From positions 33,511-97,510 of the forward strand of contig JAJDBB010000095.1 in assembly GCA_029261555.1 (NCBI GenBank): a stretch of DNA of 64,000 bases, written 5' to 3'. Below are positions 56,705 through 64,000 of this stretch, in pieces; within the stretch, counting starts at the first letter, position 1; each line of letters begins with the position of its first letter. Under the pieces are notes generated by a model. The model made no database searches, had not been told where the DNA came from, and was given only the letters and a program-made list of their open reading frames with translations. Origin of the DNA: Nitrospinaceae bacterium (GTDB taxonomy: Bacteria; Nitrospinota; Nitrospinia; Nitrospinales; JACRGP01). The position numbers and the translations under genes were made by a program.

Positions 56705-58612
56705 GTGTCGGATCGTTCCTGCATGGTCCTGCTGGACGGCCCGGACGATTGGTCCGGCGAAGCCAAGGTCGTGGCCCACTGGTCTCGCTTGCAGGTTTCC
56801 TTCTACCAGTATTCCATTCCCCTGTTGACGGAAGAAAATTCGCTGTCGATCAAAAAGGAGTTTCTCGAATGGGCCGACGCCTTGGGCCAATGGAAAATCG
56901 ACGGTAAGCCTCTAAAGACCCGGCTCCAGATTTCAAAAGATTTCTCCCTTTGGCCCTCGGTCTGGGCCGCCATAAAATCGCCGTACATTTCCGAATCGAT
57001 TTACGACGTCTTCAAGTTAAGGGTTCTGGAAAAATTTTACGCCGGATCCCATTGCAAGGGATTAATCTATTGCGGCGCTTCGCCGCAACTGGACAGGACA
57101 TTGAACGAATGGATGCAACGCTTGGAACAGCCTTACCGCCGCGCGCCTTGTCCAGCCCCGCAAAAGACGTCTTCAAACGGTTCTCTTAGAGACTGGGTCA
57201 AACGCGGCCCGCACTGGTTTCAAGCCCTGGCGTTTTTGAGCAAGCGCGTCTATTTTTTTCTCCCGAATTCCAAAGCAAGCGCCGATCCAAAATTTTCAGC
57301 CGACGACAAAAGGCGAATCACAATCGTCGCCTTTTTCCCAAATATCGACAAGAACGAAACGCGGCGAGGACGGTTCAGGTCAAAGTATTGGGAAAAACTA
57401 CATCCGGTTCTCGACGAACTTCCCGTCGCCGTAGACTGGGTGTGGCATTATTTTTCCAACAAGGAAATTAGCCGCAGGGAAATGGCGAAACTTCGAAACG
57501 CCTGCAACAAAAGCGCTCCGCAAAAATACCGGCATTACCTTGTCGAACAATTTCTCGGCCCCGGTCTGCTTTTTAAAATCTTGAAAAATTATTTCCGCGC
57601 TTACCGCCTGAAGTCGCGTTTGAAAAAAGCTTCCATCGCATTTCGTCTTTCCAATTCGCAAATCAACTTTTTCCCGACGCTCCAGGAGAAATGGGAGTCC
57701 TCACTGCGCGGCTATCTAGCCATGAATGCGCTGATCAGTTTTGCCGGCTTTGAAAATCTGGCTCAGACAATCCCAAAGAGCTCATTGCTCCTGTATGTCT
57801 GGGAGAACCAGCCCTGGGATACGTCCTTGCTCCAAACCTGGCGAAAGTTGCGACCGGAAACCAAAATCGTCGGTTACCAGCATTTCAGTTCCATCCGCCC
57901 CTTGCACTTGAATTTGTTTTCACAAACAAACAATAGCGGCGGCCCGGAAAGGCCATCCGATTTGGCACCCGACCGTCTGGCGATAAACAGCGCTTCCGGG
58001 CTGAAACTCATGAAGGAGTCCGGCGTCGCCGAAGAAATTTTAACGCCGGTGGAAGGTCTGGCTTATTATCGCTTGAAAGGCCAGTTTGGAAAATTGCGAG
58101 GCAAACAAAGCGCCGCAAGAAAAACTTTGCTCGTCGTCACCGGAGTGTTGAAGCCGGACAATCAATTTCAGTTTGAGCTTTTAAACGGAGCCGCCAAAAT
58201 CGGGGCGCTGGATCTCTACGAAAAAATTTTACTCAAGGAACACCCTGCGCTCCCCACAGACGAACTGATCGACGCCCTGGCTACTTCTTTCGAATTTGAA
58301 AGGACCGATCGTCCTCTTGAGGAATTGTTTCAGGAATCGGACGCCGTTTATTGCGCGAACGCCACGGGAGCGTCTTTGGAGGCCTCCTGGCTGGGGTTGC
58401 CCGTGATCATCACGGCGGCGGCGAACGCTTTGAACATGAATCCTTTCTTTGGATGGGAGGGGGTTTCCTTTGTCTCCGATTCCTCTACGCTCAGGGACCA
58501 ACTGCTTAACCCGCCTCGGATCAATATTCCGGAGGATTATTATTTTCTGGACGACAACCTGGGCCGTTGGAAAAGTTTGCTGAATCAGTACGCCGACCTG
58601 GACGCTTTTTGA
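56705..58612 (+). CDS. Surface carbohydrate biosynthesis protein (TIGR04326-like)
   Basis: FRSKYW, YVWENQPW, GYQH, KEHP, GLPV GT-B-like tail, ulosonic-acid cluster context. Family name assigned from recalled motifs. Confidence 0.6.
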   Translation: MSDRSCMVLLDGPDDWSGEAKVVAHWSRLQVSFYQYSIPLLTEENSLSIKKEFLEWADALGQWKIDGKPLKTRLQISKDFSLWPSVWAAIKSPYISESIYDVFKLRVLEKFYAGSHCKGLIYCGASPQLDRTLNEWMQRLEQPYRRAPCPAPQKTSSNGSLRDWVKRGPHWFQALAFLSKRVYFFLPNSKASADPKFSADDKRRITIVAFFPNIDKNETRRGRFRSKYWEKLHPVLDELPVAVDWVWHYFSNKEISRREMAKLRNACNKSAPQKYRHYLVEQFLGPGLLFKILKNYFRAYRLKSRLKKASIAFRLSNSQINFFPTLQEKWESSLRGYLAMNALISFAGFENLAQTIPKSSLLLYVWENQPWDTSLLQTWRKLRPETKIVGYQHFSSIRPLHLNLFSQTNNSGGPERPSDLAPDRLAINSASGLKLMKESGVAEEILTPVEGLAYYRLKGQFGKLRGKQSAARKTLLVVTGVLKPDNQFQFELLNGAAKIGALDLYEKILLKEHPALPTDELIDALATSFEFERTDRPLEELFQESDAVYCANATGASLEASWLGLPVIITAAANALNMNPFFGWEGVSFVSDSSTLRDQLLNPPRINIPEDYYFLDDNLGRWKSLLNQYADLDAF

Positions 58613-58638
58613 TTTTCAATGATCGCTACGAGCCAATC

Positions 58639-59532
58639 ATGACCAACCCGTTTTTTTCGGTAATCATTCCAACCTACAACTCCGCCAGTTACATCGAAAA
58701 AACTCTGGAGTCGGTTTTCGCGCAGGACCACAAAAATTATGAAATTGTGATTTGCGACGACGCCTCGACCGACCAGACCGTCGAAACTCTACACAATATA
58801 AAAAGACAGCGCCTCGAATTTTCCATAACAATAATTAGAAACAAAACCAACCAGGGGCACGCTACCGCCCGAAACAAGGCCATTAGAGAGGCCAAAGGCG
58901 AATGGATGGCATTTTTGGATTCCGACGACTTTTGGTTTCCAAATAAATTACAATGTGTTTGCGAATACCTTGAACAGCAACCAGAAATGGACTTGATATG
59001 CCATAACGTCGTCTACAAAAACAAAAGAAAGACCTGGTTCGTAGACCACACAAAATTATTTGATTCGTCCGTTCATCCCTTCTTCTCCCTGTTTCGAAGA
59101 AACGCACTAAACCCCTCGGCCACCGTGGTCCGGAAATCAGCGATCGAAAACCTAGGTTTGTTCGACGAGTCCTTTAAAATCGCACCCGATTACGATTTAT
59201 GGCTCTCTCTTGCCAAGGCTGATAGAATAGGTTTTCTTAAAGATGTTTTGGGAATATATTGGGTTCGGGAAAATAGCCTTTCCAAAAATCCTCTAGGCCT
59301 GATTGAGGAAGCCGACCGGATTTGCGAAAAGCATAAAAAGGATTTGCCCGCCCATTGCTCCTTCCCTGCCCTGGAAATTTTGAAGTATAAAAGCCGGTAC
59401 CAGTTATCCGCGGGACTTTTATTCTGGAGAGACGGCTCGCCTGTCCGAGGAGCGCTTTACATCACCAGAGGATTTCTCATGTGGCCTTTCTGGATCAAGG
59501 AAGGGATCAAAAAAGTTTTCCGAGGATATTGA
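58639..59532 (+). CDS. GT2 glycosyltransferase
   Basis: SVIIPTYN, DDASTD, ARN, FLDSDD, DYDLW. Confidence 0.92.
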   Translation: MTNPFFSVIIPTYNSASYIEKTLESVFAQDHKNYEIVICDDASTDQTVETLHNIKRQRLEFSITIIRNKTNQGHATARNKAIREAKGEWMAFLDSDDFWFPNKLQCVCEYLEQQPEMDLICHNVVYKNKRKTWFVDHTKLFDSSVHPFFSLFRRNALNPSATVVRKSAIENLGLFDESFKIAPDYDLWLSLAKADRIGFLKDVLGIYWVRENSLSKNPLGLIEEADRICEKHKKDLPAHCSFPALEILKYKSRYQLSAGLLFWRDGSPVRGALYITRGFLMWPFWIKEGIKKVFRGY

Positions 59533-59680
59533 TTCCCTCCAGCCCATATCCGGCGCGGGAAAACAGGCGCACAGTTGCCAAGCTTTTCGACGCTGTTATA
59601 ATGGACTCAACGCCTCTTTTTCGCTTCCTACAATCGCCGAGCGGCGAAAATTTTTCCGGCTCCGAGGGGAGCATGGCTTT

Positions 59681-60733
59681 ATGAAAACCCTGGAATTAGC
59701 CGACCATTGCCTGGGCCCAGGCCAACCCGTCTTTATCGTTGCCGAAGCGGGGGTCAACCACAACGGCGATTTGAACGCCGCGTTGGAACTGGTCAGGCAA
59801 GCCAAACGGTGCGGCGCTGACTGCGTCAAGTTCCAGACGTTCCAGGCGAAACGCCTATTGGCGCCCGACGCGCCCAAAGCCGCCTACCAGCTTCAAACTA
59901 CCGACCCCGCCGAATCGCAGATGGCCATGCTGAAAAAGCTGGAACTGGAAGATTCCGCCTACCGGGAAATCATGGGGCTTTGCAACGACCTGGATATTCT
60001 GTTCCTTTCCACTCCGTATAATTTTGAGGACGTGGAATTTTTAAACGACTTGGGCGTCGCCGCGTTTAAAGTGGCGTCCGGTCAGGCTGTCGAGCTTCCC
60101 TTTCTGGAATACGTTGCGCGCCTGCAAAAACCTATGATCGTTTCCACAGGCATGTGCAACGAGACAGACGTCGCGGAGGCGCTGGAGGCCGTTCGAAGCG
60201 TCGGAAACGATCAAATTGTTCTCCTGCAATGCACCACCAATTACCCTTCCCGGCTGGAAGACGCTAATATACTAGCTACGTCTGCCCTTGGAAAAAATTT
60301 CGACGTATTGACCGGCTATTCCGACCACACGGAAGCGCCGCACGCCGCTTACGCCGCCGTCGCCCTGGGCGCCGTCATGATTGAAAAACATTTCACCCTG
60401 GACAGAGGCCTCGACGGACCCGACCATTCCTCCTCGTTCGATCCGGCGCAATTTAAAAATTTTGTCGAAGGTATTCGAAACGTCGAGAAAGCCCTGGGAA
60501 GCGCGGAGAAAAGGCCGACGGCTCTGGAGGCGAAAAACATTGCCGGTATGCGACGCAGTATCGTCGCCATTGAAAATATTCCAGCGGGAGCGACGATTCA
60601 AATGGAATCGCTGGGATTCAAACGTCCGGCCAACGGGTTGTCGCCTAATTGCCTTAACGATATTCTGGGAAAAAGGGTAAAAATTTCCATAGCGCCGGAA
60701 ACGCCTTTACAGAAAGAGCATATTGAATGGTGA
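59681..60733 (+). CDS. neuB: NeuB-family nonulosonic acid synthase (with SAF domain)
   Basis: AEAGVNHNG, VKFQ, STGM, CTTNYP, GYSDHT, IEKHFTL, GPDH, KRP. Confidence 0.93.
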   Translation: MKTLELADHCLGPGQPVFIVAEAGVNHNGDLNAALELVRQAKRCGADCVKFQTFQAKRLLAPDAPKAAYQLQTTDPAESQMAMLKKLELEDSAYREIMGLCNDLDILFLSTPYNFEDVEFLNDLGVAAFKVASGQAVELPFLEYVARLQKPMIVSTGMCNETDVAEALEAVRSVGNDQIVLLQCTTNYPSRLEDANILATSALGKNFDVLTGYSDHTEAPHAAYAAVALGAVMIEKHFTLDRGLDGPDHSSSFDPAQFKNFVEGIRNVEKALGSAEKRPTALEAKNIAGMRRSIVAIENIPAGATIQMESLGFKRPANGLSPNCLNDILGKRVKISIAPETPLQKEHIEW

Positions 60734-61374
60734 ACGGAGCAAAGCGAATTATTATTTTAGGCACGGGGGGCCACGCCCGCGTTTTGGTCTCTTTGCTCCG
60801 GGCCCTGGGCGACTGGGAGATAGTAGGCTTGTTGGATAGAGCGAAGTTTCGCGAGGGCGAGCTCATCGGCGGGCGTCCCGTTCTGGATTCCTGGGACGAT
60901 CTCGAAAAATTCAAACGCGATAATATCAATTACACGGTCCTGGCTCTGGGAGACAACGCGGAGCGGAAAGAAAAGTTCAGGGAACTGGCGCGTTTGGGCT
61001 TTTCCGTCCCCACCTTGACGCACCCCACCGCTTATCTGGACCCATCCTCGAAACCGGGCGACGGGTCCCAGATATGTATGGGAGCCTTGATCGGCGCGGA
61101 GGCTGTAATTGGCGCCAATACGATCGTCAATTCCGGCGCCCTGATCGATCACGAATGTCAAATCGGACCACATTCACACATCGGGCCGGGTTGCCGCATT
61201 GCCGGACGCGTCTCCATCGGCGAGGAAACTTTTATCGGAATCGGCGTTTCCGTCGCCGATAAAATAAAAATCGGAAACAACGCGACCATCGGCGCAGGTT
61301 CCGTAGTTGTGGACGATATACCCGACAACGCAACCGCCGTCGGCGTTCCGGCAAAAATAATTCCGGCTGGATAA
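60727..61374 (+). CDS. neuD: NeuD/PglD-family sugar acetyltransferase
   Basis: GTGGHA, LGDN..R, HPTA, DHEC, hexapeptide repeats, GVPAK. Confidence 0.88.
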   Translation: MVNGAKRIIILGTGGHARVLVSLLRALGDWEIVGLLDRAKFREGELIGGRPVLDSWDDLEKFKRDNINYTVLALGDNAERKEKFRELARLGFSVPTLTHPTAYLDPSSKPGDGSQICMGALIGAEAVIGANTIVNSGALIDHECQIGPHSHIGPGCRIAGRVSIGEETFIGIGVSVADKIKIGNNATIGAGSVVVDDIPDNATAVGVPAKIIPAG

Positions 61375-61376
61375 AA

Positions 61377-62255
61377 ATGAAACTCGCCGTCAGTTCCACC
61401 GCTTTCCGCAATCAACCCATCGAGGCAATCATAGAAATTGCCCGCAAGGAAAACTTCGTCCTGGAATTCAGTTCAGGATTGCCTTTCCAAAAAAATATGG
61501 AAGAACTGTTTCTTCAGGCCCCCGTGCAACGTCTGCCGCACAATTATTTTCCCGCGCCGGAAACCCCCTTTGTGCTGAACCTCGCAAGCTTGAACCCGGA
61601 AATCTGGGAGCGTTCCATGAGCCATTGCCGGAAGGCGTTGAAAATGACCGCGCGGGCGAACGCCTCATTTTACTCTGCCCACGCGGGGTTTTGCGTTGAC
61701 CCCGACCCTGAGGATCTGGGGAAAAAGTTTAAGGCTTCGGCGACCCGACCGCGCGCGGAGCATTGGAAGCGTTTTATAAACGCAGGGGATGAACTGTCCG
61801 CCGAGGCAAAAAAACTGGGCGTCGATTTTCTGGTGGAAAATAACGTCCTCCACGCTTCCAACGTCTTGGAAGACGGCGGCCAGCCGCTTCTATGCGTCGA
61901 AGCAAAGGAAATCCTGGAACTGGTTTCCGAAATAGGATCCGATTCTTTTGGCGTTCATCTCGATACCGGACATTTGAAAGTATCCGCACAGACCCTGAAT
62001 TTTTCCCGGAACGATTTCATAAATCAAATCACCCCTTTCGTTCGCGCGATTCATCACAGCGACAACGATGGAACACGCGATTCAAACCGGGCGATCGGCG
62101 AGGATTACTGGTTCCTGGAATACATGCCACGGCTTCCCGACGCGGTCCACATCCTGGAAGTCCACGACCAAAGCGTCGAACAAGTCCGCGCCCAGTTTGA
62201 AATTTTGCGACGCGCCGCCCTCGCTCCCAAAAACCTTCAGCCCACGCGATCATGA
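61377..62255 (+). CDS. TIM-barrel sugar phosphate isomerase/epimerase family protein
   Basis: HNYFPAP, NLAS, HAGF, VENN, DTGHL, HHSDNDG. Confidence 0.75.
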   Translation: MKLAVSSTAFRNQPIEAIIEIARKENFVLEFSSGLPFQKNMEELFLQAPVQRLPHNYFPAPETPFVLNLASLNPEIWERSMSHCRKALKMTARANASFYSAHAGFCVDPDPEDLGKKFKASATRPRAEHWKRFINAGDELSAEAKKLGVDFLVENNVLHASNVLEDGGQPLLCVEAKEILELVSEIGSDSFGVHLDTGHLKVSAQTLNFSRNDFINQITPFVRAIHHSDNDGTRDSNRAIGEDYWFLEYMPRLPDAVHILEVHDQSVEQVRAQFEILRRAALAPKNLQPTRS

Positions 62256-63721
62256 TTCCCACTTTGGAGCAAATGACCATCGATCATAACAGCGATCTGC
62301 AAGCGGCTCTGGCGGCCATCGACAGGAACGCCCAAGGGATCGTTTTCGTGGTGGATGAAAGCAACAAGCCGGTAGGAACGCTCACCGACGGGGATATTCG
62401 CAGAACCTTGCTAAAAACGAGGTCTCTCGACACGCTCGTCCATCAAGCCATGAACGTCGACTTCGTGTGCAAAAACGCTAAGACGCCGGACGAGGAAATT
62501 CTCCCTTTGCTCGACGAAAAAATAAAACACGTTCCGCTGGTGGACGAGGCGGGAGTCCTGGTCGACTATTCGTCGCTGAACCGAATCCGCAGGGCGCCCA
62601 TTATGGAACCCTGTCTGGGCGGCAACGAGCTGGCTTACGTTACGGACTGCATTAAATCCAACTGGATTTCTTCGCAGGGGAAATACGTCGCGAAATTTGA
62701 AAACCAATTTTCCGAATTTCACGGCGAGGGATTCGCTGTATCGACCAGCAACGGAACCTGCGCCCTGCATCTGGCTCTGACCGCCCTGGGAATAGGGCCG
62801 GGAGACGAGGTGATCCTGCCTGACCTGACCTTTGCGGCCACCGCCAACGCGGTGATCCACGCTGGCGCCACTCCGGTATTTGTGGACGTTTCTCCCGATA
62901 CATGGGGAATCGATCCCGATAAAATCGAATCAGCCCTGACGTCAAATACCAGAGCTTTGCTTCCGGTCCACCTTTACGGTCATCCTTGCCATATGGATCG
63001 CATAGTGGAAATCGCGCGACGACGAGATCTTTTTGTTATTGAAGATTGCGCGGAAGCCATGGGGGCAGAGTACAAGGGGGAAAAAGTAGGCCTGTTCGGC
63101 GACGCCGCCTGCTTCAGTTTCTTCGGCAACAAGCTGATCACCACCGGTGAAGGGGGCATGGTTTTGTTCAAGCAAAAAACTCTCGGCGAAAAAGCGAAGC
63201 TCCTGCGCGACCACGGCATGTCAAAGGAGAAGCGCTACTGGCATCCCGAGGTCGGCTTCAATTACAGGATGACCAATCTACAGGCAGCGATTGGTCTTGC
63301 GCAACTGGAGCAGGTCGAAGATTTTCTGGCCGCTAAAATAAAACTGGCGAACGCCTATGAAAACGTTTTGAAGGATTGCCCCGGCCTGGAGCTTCCCAGC
63401 GCCTGGGACTGGGCCAAAAACGTCTGCTGGTTGTATACGGTGCGAATCGACGAAACGCGTTTTGGCGGGCGCGACGAGGTGATCGAAAAACTTTTGCTCA
63501 ACGGAATCGACGCGCGTCCAGTTTTTTATCCCCTACACTGCATGCCTCCCTACCAAAAATATGCCAGGGGAAAAACTTTTCCCATCTCGGAAGCCGCAAG
63601 CCGGACAGGACTCAGTCTTCCCTCCGCCGTTACGCTCGAGCTGGACGAAATCGCCCGCATCGGAGAAGTTTTGAAGCGCCTGCAATCGGTCCGTGATATC
63701 AAAAATATGATCGCAAAATAG
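62252..63721 (+). CDS. CBS-domain + DegT/perosamine-synthase-like aminotransferase
   Basis: N-terminal CBS pair (GTLTDGDIRR...HVPLVD), WISSQG, SNGTCALHL, EDCAEA, SFFGNKLITTGEGG, NYRMTNLQAA. Confidence 0.9.
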   Translation: MIPTLEQMTIDHNSDLQAALAAIDRNAQGIVFVVDESNKPVGTLTDGDIRRTLLKTRSLDTLVHQAMNVDFVCKNAKTPDEEILPLLDEKIKHVPLVDEAGVLVDYSSLNRIRRAPIMEPCLGGNELAYVTDCIKSNWISSQGKYVAKFENQFSEFHGEGFAVSTSNGTCALHLALTALGIGPGDEVILPDLTFAATANAVIHAGATPVFVDVSPDTWGIDPDKIESALTSNTRALLPVHLYGHPCHMDRIVEIARRRDLFVIEDCAEAMGAEYKGEKVGLFGDAACFSFFGNKLITTGEGGMVLFKQKTLGEKAKLLRDHGMSKEKRYWHPEVGFNYRMTNLQAAIGLAQLEQVEDFLAAKIKLANAYENVLKDCPGLELPSAWDWAKNVCWLYTVRIDETRFGGRDEVIEKLLLNGIDARPVFYPLHCMPPYQKYARGKTFPISEAASRTGLSLPSAVTLELDEIARIGEVLKRLQSVRDIKNMIAK

Positions 63722-63861
63722 CGTTTCCCTGAAAAGCCCAGATTTTATTAAAGCAAATTTCCCTCTCTGCCGTTAAGCCAATGGAGGCGCCGCGCGCGCC
63801 GGAACGGGCGGCAAAACTCCGTCCGAATTCCCCGTCACTCAACCCGAAACCGGAATCCATT

Positions 63862-64000
63862 ATGCCGACCAGCACTTTTTCGCAAATACCCGCAGTGGTC
63901 AAATATCTTGAAACAGCCCGGCCCGCGTCCATTCTCGATATTGGAGTGGGCAATGGAAAGATGGGCTTCATGGCCCGCGACTTTCTCGACGTCATGTTGG
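63862..64000 (+). CDS. Class I SAM methyltransferase, 3'-truncated by the window edge
   Basis: Manual translation MPTSTFSQIPAVVKYLETARPASILDIGVGNGKMG... contains motif I (LDIGxGxG). Confidence 0.7.
   Translation, partial: MPTSTFSQIPAVVKYLETARPASILDIGVGNGKMGFMARDFLDVML

Noticed and set aside
56015-56890. 291-aa minus-strand ORF (likewise 55028-55858, 23690-24460, 35165-35863, 30942-31580)
   Set aside because: All lie antisense to well-supported genes in GC-rich coding sequence and show no motifs.

Overview
Bacterial genomic window in two parts, split at a tRNA-Ala(GGC) at 19365-19440. The left part (1-19300) looks more AT-rich by eye and lies downstream of the tRNA 3' end, so it is probably a horizontally acquired region. 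It carries a phosphorelay/c-di-GMP cluster with a sigma-54 promoter, and a 10-gene minus-strand operon: the beta-carbonic-anhydrase-like DabA (DUF2309), a near-complete Mrp antiporter set (E, F, G, A'/B, B, C, D), a DabB/NuoL-like subunit and a NuoM-like subunit. Two features make this operon the most notable system in the window. The DabB/NuoL subunit has a lateral helix lengthened by 27-aa tandem repeats, and the operon leader has riboswitch-like terminator/antiterminator architecture. The right part (19674-64000) holds housekeeping genes (DUF502, RluA-type synthase, RND pump, methyltransferase, acyl-CoA ligase, FGE-TPR and HDOD proteins) and a >33 kb surface-glycan locus. That locus includes the UDP-L-FucNAc pathway, a carbamoyltransferase, WecA, two TPR-fused GT-C-like proteins, WbpA, PIN-DegT and CBS-DegT fusions, Wzx, two radical SAM enzymes, an aldolase and NeuA/NeuB/NeuD-like genes. 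No CRISPR array, rRNA, integrase or transposase was seen. All family calls come from motif recognition, not database searches.
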